A stretch of DNA of 64,000 nt from Planctomycetota bacterium (GCA_947501605.1 CANMWZ010000011.1:26005-90004), one strand, 5' to 3'; numbered from the stretch's first letter, positions 39,368-49,162 are shown. Numbers and translations: made by a program. The notes: generated from the letters alone by a model not told the origin.

Positions 39368-39443
39368 ACCGACCCGCTGCCGCGGCGCGATCCAAGCGGA
39401 AACAGGCCGATGCGGCGAAAGGAAGACCGGCCGGTCGCAGGCA

Positions 39444-41681
39444 TCAACGCCGCTGAATCGGCGCCTCTACAAGTCGGCTACGGGTCAGCTCTCCGCCCTC
39501 GACAATCTCGTACGCGCAATCCAGCTCCGCGGCTGCGAACTGCTGAACGCGTCCGCTGCGCTGCCACTCGACCTCGATTCGCACGACACGCGTGGCCTTG
39601 CCGAGTCCGATCGTCTGTCGCAGCGGGTTGGCGCCAAAGCTGCCGCCGGTTCCCACCACTCGATGGATCGTGCGCTCGCCGTTCGCGTCGGCAACGACGA
39701 TACGGAGGCGCGAGCCGAGCGCCGAGCGATTGGTGTCCCTGCCAACGAGGCGGATCGTGACGAATCGATTGCCAAAGCCCGGGTTCTCGAACACCGTGCT
39801 CACGAACGCGTCCCCGAGATAGGCGCCGCCGATTCGCGCGAAGAGGTCGAGGTCGCCATCGTGGTCGAAGTCCGCGAGCGCGACTCCGTGCCCCTTCTGC
39901 AGATGCCCAGTACCGCTCGCCATGGAAACGTCCGCGAACGACATGCCGCCGCGGTTCAGAAACAGCAGGTTGGGCATCAGGCTGTAGATGTGCGGATCGC
40001 CAGTGCCCAGATAGCAATCGAGCCAACCATCGCCGTCGATGTCGCCGAAGTTGCTGCCCATCGGCATTGCCGGGTAGGTGAGCCCACGGGCCGCAGCGAC
40101 GTCCTCGAAACCGCCGTGGCCGTCGCCGCGATAGAGGCGGTTGATTTCGTGTGGCAGGTCGATGCCAGCGTGATGCGCCGCGATGTGACCGATGCCAGTT
40201 CCATAAGCACTCACCCACAAATCGAGAGCCCCGTCATTGTCGAAGTCCCAAAACCAGCACGGGAAACTGGCGTCCGGGCCGGTGACCCCGCGGGCGGCGG
40301 CGATGTCGACAAACGTCCCGTCGCCACGGTTGTGGTAGAGCCGATTGCTGCCGTCGAGGTTGCTGACGTAGAGGTCCGGGTAGCGATCGCCGTCGATGTC
40401 GCCAAAGGACACGCCCTTGGCATAGGCGAAGTTCTCGACGCCAGCGGCCTTGCCGACCTCGGTGAAGCGAACATTGCCGTCATTGCGGAACAACTGGCTC
40501 GCGCATCGGATCTTCGTGCTGCTCTCGTTGCCGATGTACAGGTCGAGGTCGCCGTCGAGGTCGTAGTCGGCGAAGGCCGCCGTCTGCGTGGGCCAGTGCT
40601 CCGCGCCAAGACCCGACTCGAACGTGACGTCGGTGAAGGTGCCATCGCCGTTGTTGCGCACCAACGAGTTCGGGTAGCGCCCGTGCTCCAGCAACCACGC
40701 CCCGCGCAGCACCAGCACGTCGACGTCGCCATCGGAGTCGTAATCCGCCGTCACGAGATTGAGGCCGCCACAGAGGCCACCTAGTCCGGACTCCATGCTG
40801 CGATCGACGAACGCGCCATCCGCGCGACGCACGAACAGTCGCAGTTGCCCGCTCGTGTTCCAGTCCGACATCATCACGTCGAGTCGCTCGTCGCCGTCGA
40901 AGTCCTCGACCACCATGCCCCCGGCGAGACCTTGCACATCGAGACCGAGTTGCGCGCCCACGTTGTCGAACTTCGGGAAGTCCTCCCTCGAACGGAACGC
41001 CGACTCCGGAAGGCGATACTGCTCCGGCACCGACTCCGGCCAAGTCCCGAGCGTCATCGCCGCGAGGTTCAGCAGCCAGAGGTTGGCGAGGTGCCAGTAG
41101 TCGTTGGGCGCTGTGCGGTCGAGCACGAAGCGGAAGTGCGCGGCGGCCTTGGTCGAGCCTTCGGTCTTGCCATGCAACGCCCCGCCGCGCAGCGGCAGGA
41201 TGCAACTGTCGACGGTCCGTTGATGGCAGCAGTTTTCGGTCTCGCCCAGACGCAGCCAGGCAACGCCGAGATGGAAGTGCAGCGCCAGCTCCGCATCGGC
41301 ACCGCCCGTCAGACTGCGCTCCACAACCGCCGCGAGCGCGCGATCGAGGACCTCGATGCCGTCGCGTTCGCTCCCCAAGCGCACGAGCGCGTAGCCAAGC
41401 TCTTGGTGCGTCTGCCAGCGTGCCTGTGCGCCTTTCGCCGCGATCTCCGCCCGGGCTTCGCGCACCGCACGATCGCCGACAAAGATGTTGTCGTCCTGCC
41501 GGCGCGCATCGAGATCGCGCAACAACGCCAGCATGCGCACGTGGCCGTCCGGCTGCGACGGTCCGCGCGATGATTCAGGCGCCGTCGATTCCGGGTCCTT
41601 GCCGCAACCGACAACCGTTGCCAGCCACGCGGCAAGGAGGGTCGTGTGCACTCGGCCTCGTTGCATGCGCGCCACTGTCAA
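39444..41681 (-). CDS. CRTAC1-family lipoprotein: TPR-like N-terminus + FG-GAP/VCBS repeats + ASPIC/UnbV C-terminal domain
   Basis: Lipobox LATVVGC. Repeated D-x-D-x-DG-x-x-D loops (DYDSDGDVD, DYDLDGDLD, DIDGDRYPD, DFDNDGALD, DIDGDGWLD, DFDHDGDLD). C-terminal NRSALGSRLRIV...GGSFGANPLRQTIGLG. Confidence 0.85.
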   Translation of the reverse strand: MTVARMQRGRVHTTLLAAWLATVVGCGKDPESTAPESSRGPSQPDGHVRMLALLRDLDARRQDDNIFVGDRAVREARAEIAAKGAQARWQTHQELGYALVRLGSERDGIEVLDRALAAVVERSLTGGADAELALHFHLGVAWLRLGETENCCHQRTVDSCILPLRGGALHGKTEGSTKAAAHFRFVLDRTAPNDYWHLANLWLLNLAAMTLGTWPESVPEQYRLPESAFRSREDFPKFDNVGAQLGLDVQGLAGGMVVEDFDGDERLDVMMSDWNTSGQLRLFVRRADGAFVDRSMESGLGGLCGGLNLVTADYDSDGDVDVLVLRGAWLLEHGRYPNSLVRNNGDGTFTDVTFESGLGAEHWPTQTAAFADYDLDGDLDLYIGNESSTKIRCASQLFRNDGNVRFTEVGKAAGVENFAYAKGVSFGDIDGDRYPDLYVSNLDGSNRLYHNRGDGTFVDIAAARGVTGPDASFPCWFWDFDNDGALDLWVSAYGTGIGHIAAHHAGIDLPHEINRLYRGDGHGGFEDVAAARGLTYPAMPMGSNFGDIDGDGWLDCYLGTGDPHIYSLMPNLLFLNRGGMSFADVSMASGTGHLQKGHGVALADFDHDGDLDLFARIGGAYLGDAFVSTVFENPGFGNRFVTIRLVGRDTNRSALGSRLRIVVADANGERTIHRVVGTGGSFGANPLRQTIGLGKATRVVRIEVEWQRSGRVQQFAAAELDCAYEIVEGGELTRSRLVEAPIQRR

Positions 41682-41724
41682 TGGTCACGGCAGTTCCGTC
41701 AACGAGACTGCCGCCGAGTGGGCC

Positions 41725-44700
41725 CTACTGCGACAGCACGAGTGTGCGCACCGTGCCGTCGATCCCGTGGCGCGTCGACGTTCCGTCGGGCCAGACAACC
41801 TGCACCACCGACCCCGCTTCGACGTCGGCGAAGAACGCGACGGGTGCGGACTGCGACAGGTAGCCCGACCCAGCGTCGATCCTGGCGCGCCGCATTCGCC
41901 CGCTTGGCTCAATGACCATGAGACTCGCCCCCACCGCACTCGGATTGCCCGGCGCGCCGCGCAACCGCACGGCGACACCGCGCGGCGTACGCTTGGTCGA
42001 GAAGGCATGCACGGGTCCATCGTTGGTTGCCAGCAACAGGTCGGGCGCGGCATCGCCATCGAGGTCCAGAACCGCGAGGGACTTCTGGTCGCCGCCGAGC
42101 GCGAATCCCGACGCGCCGGGCTCGATCGCTTCGAACTGCAACGCACCACGTCCGCGCAACACGAGCCCGAGCCCACCATCGAAACGGCCGGTCTCCGGCT
42201 CAGGCGCGAAGGAGTTGTGGGCGAGTACGAGGTCGAGCACGGCATCGCCATCGACATCGACCGCAGCGATCCCTTGCACGGGGGCCACCTGGGCCGCGCG
42301 GGGGAGCGGCGTCGCACGGAACGGTCCGTCGGTGCGGGCGAATACGAGGTGTCGCAGTTCGTCGCACTGGAGTTCGCGCGCCGACGACAGTCGCGACTCG
42401 CCGTAGATCTGGGGCAGCGTTGCGCGCGCAAACTGATCGTAGGTGGGGAACGCGACCTTCAACTGCGGCATCGCGTCACTACTGCAACTCAGCCCTCGCA
42501 CTGGCAGCAGCTTGCCGTCCACTTCTTTGGCCTCGACGACATCGAAGGAGCCGCTGCCGTCGAAGTCCGCGGCATAGAGGTGCAGCGGATGGCCCGCGCT
42601 GGCCTTGTACTTGGTATTGAGACCGAGGTTGCCGGCGACCAGTTCGACCCGCCCGTCCTGGTCGAGATCGACGGCCAGGAGGCTCTGCCACTGCCCACTG
42701 GGTCGATCCGCGAAGAAGTCAGCCGTCGCGTCACTCAGTGCCCGACCGGCCTCGTTGCGCAACAGTCGCAGCGGTTGCCATTGCGCCGCGATGACCAGAT
42801 CCGGCCACGCGTCGCCATCCACGTGAGCCCACACCGCCGCCGTCACCATGCCCGCATCGAGCAGGGCAGGCGCAACGGTGGCCGTCACATCGACGAACAC
42901 GCCACCGTCGTTGCGCAGCAGTAGGCTGCCCTCGGACTCGGGAAACCGACCTGCTCGCACCCTCGTGCCGACGAACAGATCGAGGTCCCCGTCCCCGTCG
43001 AAATCGGCCGTGCACACCGGTCCACTGCTGCGGCGAAGGTCTGGCAGCGTGCCCGCCGGCGCGAGCTTGAACCCACCCGCGCCATCGTTCTGGTAGAGAC
43101 GGTCGCGTAGCAACTCTGTCTTCTCGCCGGCCTCGACGCCGCCGCTGCAGACATAGAGATCGAGGTCGCCGTCGCGATCGTAATCGATGAACACGGCCCC
43201 TTGGTCTTCGCAGTCCGCGTCGTCGCCAAAGGGCCCCGCCACCGCCTCGAACACGCAATCGCCACGGGACCGCAGCAAGGTGCCGGCCTGCCCAGCCGCG
43301 CCGCCGACGAACACGTCATCGTCACCGTCGCCATCGATGTCGCCCACCGCCAGCCCTGGACCGCTGCGTGACAGCCGGTGCGGCAGCAGCGGTTGCTCTT
43401 TGTAGTCGTCGAAGTCGCGCTCGCGATGACGAACCGGCAGGGTCGCGGTCCTTGTGAGCAAGGGCCACGCGCCGGATCGTGCCAGTGGCTTCGACGGTGA
43501 CGGGACCGTCGCCGCCGACAGCTCGCGCACTTCGTAGTGCCGATCCGCAGCGAGGCCCCGAAAGGTCTGCACGGCCCCACTCGGCCACTTCACGGTCAGG
43601 GTCGCAATGGTCGCCCCCGTCGCGAGCCCGAAGTGCTCGATCGGCTCGCCCGCGCTCATGTAGCCCCGTGTTGGCGACACGAGCCGCGACTGCGCCACCC
43701 CGCCACTCTCGATCTCGATGCGGGCACCGACGCCAAAGGTGTTCTTGCTCGCGGAGCGCAACGACACCAGCACGCGGTGCGTGTCGGTCGTGCGGTTCTC
43801 GAACACGCTCGCCTCGGTGTTGAGGTTATTGGTCACGAGATCAAGGTCGCCGTCGCGATCGAGGTCCACGAACACCGCGCCATGGCTGACGCCAAGTTCG
43901 TCGAGGCCCCACTCCGCACCGACGTCGACAAACACGAAGTCGCCGCGATTCTGTTTGCAGACATTGCGTTCGTCGACGCGCTGCATGCTCCGCGCCAGAT
44001 CGAGCGCCTTGGCCTTCTGCCCGGCTTGCACAAGCTGCTTGTAGCTGGCGATCGTGTCCGGGTTGTCCTCGAACACCGGGATGCCGTTGGTGGCATGGAA
44101 GTCGAGCCGACCGTCTTCGTCGAGGTCGGCAAAGCGAACCGACCACGTCCAATCCGTGCTCGCAAGGCCCGCCATGTGCCCAAGCTCTTGGAAGCGTCCG
44201 GTGCCGGTGTTGCGGTAGAGGGCGTTGCGCATGTACTGCTGTGGGCTTGCGTTCATCAAGAACCAGCGATGGTTGTTCATGCTGCCCATGAGCATCTTGC
44301 CCATGTAGTGCGTCGTGCTCGACATGTCGGCAACGCAGAGGTCGAAGCGACCGTCGTTGTCGAGGTCGCCGAAGTCGCAGCCCATGCCGAAGAAGGCCGT
44401 GTGCGGCAACGCGGTGTCGGCAAGGTCGCGAAAGGTGCCATCGCCGCAATTGCGCCACAGCCGGTCCGGCGAGTGGATGTCGTTGCTGACGTAGAGGTCG
44501 AGCAACCCATCGTCATCGCAGTCCCACCACGTGACCGCGAGCCCGTTGCCCGAAACGTCGATGCCGGCTGCCTTGCTGACGTCGACGAAACCGGCAGGCC
44601 CGTCGTTGCGCAACAGACGATCGCGCTGCCCCGTAGCGAAGATGCGACCGTGCTGCACGGCGAAGAAGTCCTCATAGCCTGTCGGCACCACCGGCGCGCC

Positions 44701-45399
44701 GTTGTCGGTGCGGAACTCGGGGAAGGGCGGAAACAGCTGATCGCGGCTCTTCTCGATGCTGCTGGGCAGCGTGACATCGGCGACCAGTTCGGGCGGCAGG
44801 TTGGGCCCGAACACGCGGTTCGTCAGCAGGTAGAGGTCCAGGTCGCCATCGCGATCGTAGTCGGCGAATGCACAGCCGGTGCTAGCAGCGGTGATGGCGA
44901 GGCCGAGCGGACCTGCGCGTTCCACAAACGTGCCGTCGCCTTGGTTCAAGAACAGGAGGTTCTTCGACTCCGTGTTGCAGACGTAGAGATCGAGGTCCGC
45001 GTCGCCGTCGACATCGGCGAAGCTTGCGGCCTTGCCCCATGCATCGCCGCCGCCGAGGCCGCCCGCGGCCTCCGTGACATCTTCGAAGCACAGCGGCGAC
45101 ACCTGGCGGAAGAGCTTGTTCGCACCGTCCTGACTGACAAGGTAGAGGTCGGGCAGGCCATCCGAATCGTAGTCGCCGACCGCGAGGCCGGCGCCGCTGT
45201 AGACGTAGGCGATGACGTTCTGACGACGCAGTTCGTTGCGGAACTGCACGCCTGACTCGGCACTGGGAACACGCCGGAAGCGCTTGCCCTCATGCGCGGC
45301 GCGTTCGCGCAGCGGCAGCGACGAAATCGCAGGCTGCGGCAGAGGCTCCCTTGAGCACGCGAACAGCACGAGCACGAACGGTAGGACCGCGAGCTTCAT
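41725..45399 (-). CDS. Large CRTAC1-family lipoprotein with two or three FG-GAP/ASPIC-UnbV units
   Basis: Start at MKLAVLPFVLVLFAC (ATG 45399). Many FG-GAP calcium loops. ASPIC-like segments include GVGARIEIESGG...TRGYMSAGEPIEHFGL and GASLMVIEPSG...AGSGYLSQSAPVAFF. Confidence 0.85.
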   Translation of the reverse strand: MKLAVLPFVLVLFACSREPLPQPAISSLPLRERAAHEGKRFRRVPSAESGVQFRNELRRQNVIAYVYSGAGLAVGDYDSDGLPDLYLVSQDGANKLFRQVSPLCFEDVTEAAGGLGGGDAWGKAASFADVDGDADLDLYVCNTESKNLLFLNQGDGTFVERAGPLGLAITAASTGCAFADYDRDGDLDLYLLTNRVFGPNLPPELVADVTLPSSIEKSRDQLFPPFPEFRTDNGAPVVPTGYEDFFAVQHGRIFATGQRDRLLRNDGPAGFVDVSKAAGIDVSGNGLAVTWWDCDDDGLLDLYVSNDIHSPDRLWRNCGDGTFRDLADTALPHTAFFGMGCDFGDLDNDGRFDLCVADMSSTTHYMGKMLMGSMNNHRWFLMNASPQQYMRNALYRNTGTGRFQELGHMAGLASTDWTWSVRFADLDEDGRLDFHATNGIPVFEDNPDTIASYKQLVQAGQKAKALDLARSMQRVDERNVCKQNRGDFVFVDVGAEWGLDELGVSHGAVFVDLDRDGDLDLVTNNLNTEASVFENRTTDTHRVLVSLRSASKNTFGVGARIEIESGGVAQSRLVSPTRGYMSAGEPIEHFGLATGATIATLTVKWPSGAVQTFRGLAADRHYEVRELSAATVPSPSKPLARSGAWPLLTRTATLPVRHRERDFDDYKEQPLLPHRLSRSGPGLAVGDIDGDGDDDVFVGGAAGQAGTLLRSRGDCVFEAVAGPFGDDADCEDQGAVFIDYDRDGDLDLYVCSGGVEAGEKTELLRDRLYQNDGAGGFKLAPAGTLPDLRRSSGPVCTADFDGDGDLDLFVGTRVRAGRFPESEGSLLLRNDGGVFVDVTATVAPALLDAGMVTAAVWAHVDGDAWPDLVIAAQWQPLRLLRNEAGRALSDATADFFADRPSGQWQSLLAVDLDQDGRVELVAGNLGLNTKYKASAGHPLHLYAADFDGSGSFDVVEAKEVDGKLLPVRGLSCSSDAMPQLKVAFPTYDQFARATLPQIYGESRLSSARELQCDELRHLVFARTDGPFRATPLPRAAQVAPVQGIAAVDVDGDAVLDLVLAHNSFAPEPETGRFDGGLGLVLRGRGALQFEAIEPGASGFALGGDQKSLAVLDLDGDAAPDLLLATNDGPVHAFSTKRTPRGVAVRLRGAPGNPSAVGASLMVIEPSGRMRRARIDAGSGYLSQSAPVAFFADVEAGSVVQVVWPDGTSTRHGIDGTVRTLVLSQ

Positions 45400-45625
45400 C
45401 GTGGCGATGCTAGAAGGGCTTGCCGAAATCGCCAGCAGCTGCGGATTCCGCTGCGAGTCCGCTCCTGGCCCGCGACCTTGTTGCCCGGCCTCGCTCGCAG
45501 CGGCATGGCAATAGTCGCCCTGGCAATGTCCCTCGGGTGATTCGTAATCTGCGGCAGAGCCACGCACCCGACCATCGCGCCTCGCCTCGAGGCGCAGAAC
45601 CCCGGGGCTAGGGCCATCATCTGCC

Positions 45626-45910
45626 ATGGGTCTCATCAACTGGATCTTCGACTTCTACCAACACAGCAAGATCAACGACGCGCACCGTGAAACCGAGAGT
45701 CTGCGCACCGAGATGCTCCAGCTGCGCTCGACGCGCGGCGATCTCGACCAAGAACGACTGCTGCGTGCCGTCGGCGAGCTGGCGCTGGCGGTCAAGACGT
45801 TGCAGCGCGCCGCCGTCGAGAAGGGAATCTGCAGTGAGCACGACCTCCGCCGCATCGCCGAGCAAGTGGATCTCGAAGACGGACGGGCCGACGGTCGATC
45901 GCCAGTGTGA
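45626..45910 (+). CDS. Small hypothetical protein (94 aa, predicted helical)
   Basis: Balanced, non-junk composition (MGLINWIFDFYQHSKINDAHRETESLRTEMLQLR...). Divergent from the CRTAC1 gene and followed by two strong hairpins. Confidence 0.4.
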   Translation: MGLINWIFDFYQHSKINDAHRETESLRTEMLQLRSTRGDLDQERLLRAVGELALAVKTLQRAAVEKGICSEHDLRRIAEQVDLEDGRADGRSPV

Positions 45911-46014
45911 GCCAATCGCGATCCTCGGGCGAGCCGACCACGGCGAACTCGATCCTTGCCCTCCACACTGCGTGAGGCCAAGGCACCGTCCAGTTGGCGT
46001 CCCCCCACAATGCA

Positions 46015-46054
46015 GCGAGGCCGCGCGCCGAGTCACCCCGACGCGCGGCCTCGC
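46015..46054. terminator. Perfect 13-bp-stem hairpin between convergent genes
   Basis: gcgaggccgcgcg (46015-46027) pairs with cgcgcggcctcgc (46042-46054) around a 14-nt loop. No U-tract. Confidence 0.5.
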
Positions 46055-46057
46055 CGC

Positions 46058-46079
46058 GCAGCGCATCGAGATGCGCTGC
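46058..46079. terminator. Perfect 9-bp-stem hairpin between convergent genes
   Basis: gcagcgcat (46058-46066) pairs with atgcgctgc (46071-46079) around loop cgag. It ends 15 nt before the stop of the minus-strand gene at 46094. Confidence 0.5.
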
Positions 46080-46093
46080 TCAGCACAGTCCGC

Positions 46094-48082
46094 TCAGTTG
46101 CCGATCAGGCCCGACGCGGCATCCGAGAAGGTGCCGCCGAGGGTGTTGATGGCAGGGTCGAACGAGAACGCCTGGATGTAGAGGTTCAGACCCAGGAAGA
46201 CCGGGTCGGCCGGGATCGCTTGCACCCAGTTCGCGGTGCCACCAGCCGAGAAGAACAGGCCGGCGTTGATGTCCGCGCTGCTGCGGATGAAGCAACCAGC
46301 CGCACCGAGCGGCGTCGCCTCAATCGGCAGCGGGAAGCCGCTGAACAGCGTGTTGCTGAAGCCGATGAACGGGATCACGCCGAGCGGCGTGTTGGTGAAG
46401 TCGACCACCATGTTCTGGCCGACGCGCGGACGCGCACTGGCAACGTTACCCGGGATGCCGAGCGTGCCTGGGCAGCCGGCGCCGTAGGTGTAGTAGCCAG
46501 CCATGCCGGTCGCGGCCGTCGAGTAGTTGAGGCGACCGTTGAACACACGCGGCGTGAACAACGTGCTGGTGCCGCTGAACGCAACCGTGCGCACCTGGCC
46601 GAGGGTCAGGGTGACGTCGGCGTTCGAGTAGCTCTGGTTCGTGCCATTCCCGTTGGTGTAGGCGAGGCCTGCACCGGTGAGCACGACCGTGAAGCCGTGG
46701 ATGCCGGGCGTCAGGTAGACCGGCGTCGCGAGTTGGATGTAGGTCGGGGTGCCGATGACCTCGGCCGTGCCCGTACCGCTCACTTGGCTCCAGCCGGCGA
46801 TCGACACGTCGTTGCCGACGTAGGTACCGTCGCGCGTGTAGACGTCACAGGTCAGCGCCCCACCAGCAGTCGCCGTGTTGACGTTGACGTGGATACCGCA
46901 GACCTCGATGCCGTTCGTCGCGGTGACGTTGGCGTCGAAGTTCATGGCATAGCCCGTGGCCCCGGCGTTGCCGGCGACGAGCGTCGTCGCGATCGACGAC
47001 TGCGGCGCGAACGTGATCGTGCGGCTGGCCGTGCGGCAGCTGTTCGTGGCGGTAAGCGAGACCGGGATCGGCCCGCAGCCAGCCGTGTAGCTCCACACCG
47101 GGTTCTGGTTGGTCGCATCGACACCGGGGATGCCATCGAGGTCCCACTGCCAGCCCGAGGCCGACGGCGAGGTGACCGCCGTGAACTGGAACAGCGCGGG
47201 CTCTGCGATCTTCTGCCAGGTGAAGTTGGCAGCCAACGCATCGACGACGATGAAGTTGGTGCGCGTCACTTGGTAGTTGCCGAGTGCGTCGAACGCCGTG
47301 AGGCGCACGCTGTAGTCGCCGCACGTGTAGCTCCGCAACGGGTTCGTCGTGAAGTCGTCGTCGATGTTGTCGCCGTCGAGGTCCCACGCGAAGACCGTGA
47401 ACCCGAGCGGGTCCATCGACGCCGAGCCGTTGGTGAACTGCACGTTCATCGGACCCGTGCCCGTGCGCGGTGTCGCCGCGAACGTCAGCAAGCTCGTCAT
47501 CTGGTAGTGCAGACGCATGTTGAGCGTGCGAACCGCCGACTGGCCGCCCGAGAACGGCGCCGCCGAGGTCGAGTTCTGGATGACGGCCGAGGTGAGGTCA
47601 GCCGACAGCTCCGCGGTCGAGAACAGCGTGGGCAGCGGCGGGATCTGGGTCGAGCCGTTGGTGTAGACGTGGCGGAAGTTCTTGCAGTGCAGAGCCACAC
47701 CGTAGGTACCGGGCAAAAGGAAGATGCCCGTGTCCAGCACGATGTTGGCGGCACCGGTGCCGTCAGCGACGAAGCCCGAGGCCGAGCTCCGCTTCGTCCC
47801 CCAAACAGCGGGAAGCGAGTGGTTGCCGACGTGCGTGCCGCCGGGAGCCGTGAGGTAGACGTCGAATGCGCTGGTCGCAGCGTTGAGGTCTTGCGCACGA
47901 ATATCGATCTGCGACAGGATCAGCCCTGAACCGACCGTGACCGTCGTATCGAAGTAGAGCGTGTTCGAGAACGGCGCCGTCGCCGTGAGCGCGAGTCCAC
48001 CGATCATCGTGGTGGTCAGCGGCGATTGCGCAACCGCAACCGTCGCGAGCGAAACGAACGAAGCAAGAAGCAGCGATCTCAT
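46094..48082 (-). CDS. Secreted multi-domain protein with two PKD-like domains and the shared C-terminal module
   Basis: Signal peptide MRSLLLASFVSLATVAVAQS (ATG 48082). PKD-like FAATPRTGTGPMNVQFTN...WDLDGDNIDD and FTWQKI...WQWDLDGIPG. C-terminus: YGAGCPG...IGFSNTLFSGFPLPIEATPLGAAGC...YIQAFSFDPAINTLGG. Confidence 0.8.
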   Translation of the reverse strand: MRSLLLASFVSLATVAVAQSPLTTTMIGGLALTATAPFSNTLYFDTTVTVGSGLILSQIDIRAQDLNAATSAFDVYLTAPGGTHVGNHSLPAVWGTKRSSASGFVADGTGAANIVLDTGIFLLPGTYGVALHCKNFRHVYTNGSTQIPPLPTLFSTAELSADLTSAVIQNSTSAAPFSGGQSAVRTLNMRLHYQMTSLLTFAATPRTGTGPMNVQFTNGSASMDPLGFTVFAWDLDGDNIDDDFTTNPLRSYTCGDYSVRLTAFDALGNYQVTRTNFIVVDALAANFTWQKIAEPALFQFTAVTSPSASGWQWDLDGIPGVDATNQNPVWSYTAGCGPIPVSLTATNSCRTASRTITFAPQSSIATTLVAGNAGATGYAMNFDANVTATNGIEVCGIHVNVNTATAGGALTCDVYTRDGTYVGNDVSIAGWSQVSGTGTAEVIGTPTYIQLATPVYLTPGIHGFTVVLTGAGLAYTNGNGTNQSYSNADVTLTLGQVRTVAFSGTSTLFTPRVFNGRLNYSTAATGMAGYYTYGAGCPGTLGIPGNVASARPRVGQNMVVDFTNTPLGVIPFIGFSNTLFSGFPLPIEATPLGAAGCFIRSSADINAGLFFSAGGTANWVQAIPADPVFLGLNLYIQAFSFDPAINTLGGTFSDAASGLIGN

Positions 48083-48241
48083 GGACAGAATCCTCTCCGA
48101 GTAAGCGGGGAATGAGCGGACGTCAAATCTAGCAACCTGCACTCCGACTGTCACCGCCCCCGATCCACACTCGGCCCCTGCTACCATTTCTTGCTCGACG
48201 TAACCAAGGACCTGCCGCATCGTGCGGATCGAACCCCTGCG

Positions 48242-49162
48242 ATGACCGACCCCAACGAACCTCTTGCTGCGACTGCCACCTTCGTCGTCGATGCCGAAGC
48301 GGACCAGCGCCTCGATGCGGCGCTGCGCGCCCGCGCGCCGCAGTTCTCGCTGCAGAAGACCCGCTCACTGTGCGGCATCGGCGCCATCGCGGTCAATGGC
48401 GTCCGCGCGCCCGCAACCCACCGTCTGCGCCTTGGCGAACGTGTTTCCTGGCATCCCGCCCTGGCAGAACTCTCCCTGCAACTCGGTCTCGCGGTCGTGT
48501 GCGACCGCGACGGCGTGCTCGTCTTGCACAAATTGCCTGGCGCAGCCGTGCACGCGGGGCCGCTGGTCGACGACCCCATCGCGGCTCGCCTCCAAGCGGT
48601 GCTGCCCGAGGCCGGCCTGTGCCAACGCCTCGATCGCCCGGCATCGGGGTTGTTGCTCTGCGGTCGCGATGCGGCCGCCGTGCGCGCGATCTCGATGGCG
48701 ATGGAGCGCGCGGAAATCGAGCGGCACTACCTCGGCATCGCCCACGGCGTGATCGAGATCGACGAGCGCACCATCGATCTGCCGCTGCTGACAACCGACG
48801 AACCCCAGGGCGACCGGCCCAAAGTGATCGTCGACCACGAACACGGGACGCGCGCCGTCACCCATCTGACCGTGGTCGCGCGGTCGCGCACCGCAACCCT
48901 CGTTCGCTTGCGCCTAGAGACCGGTCGCACCCACCAGATCCGCGCCCATCTGCGTGCCATCGGCCATCCGCTGCTCGGAGACGCACGCTACGGCGACCCG
49001 GCGGCCGACGCGATCGCACATCGCACGTATGGTATCGACCGAGTGCTCCTGCACAGCGAACGGCTGCGCCTCGCCGCGCCTGCGACCGGCGAGATCCTGG
49101 AGTTGCGGGCGATGCACGAGCCCGACATGGCGCGCATGTTTGCTGTACTGCGCGAACGCTGA
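48242..49162 (+). CDS. RluA-family pseudouridine synthase
   Basis: Catalytic-loop variant QRLDRPASGLLL and LETGRTHQIRAHL. ATG at 48242 within ORF 48191..49162. Confidence 0.85.
   Translation: MTDPNEPLAATATFVVDAEADQRLDAALRARAPQFSLQKTRSLCGIGAIAVNGVRAPATHRLRLGERVSWHPALAELSLQLGLAVVCDRDGVLVLHKLPGAAVHAGPLVDDPIAARLQAVLPEAGLCQRLDRPASGLLLCGRDAAAVRAISMAMERAEIERHYLGIAHGVIEIDERTIDLPLLTTDEPQGDRPKVIVDHEHGTRAVTHLTVVARSRTATLVRLRLETGRTHQIRAHLRAIGHPLLGDARYGDPAADAIAHRTYGIDRVLLHSERLRLAAPATGEILELRAMHEPDMARMFAVLRER

Noticed and set aside
45956-47929. 657-aa plus-strand ORF
   Set aside because: Antisense to the PKD-domain protein gene. The product is extremely Arg/Glu/Asp/Val-rich.
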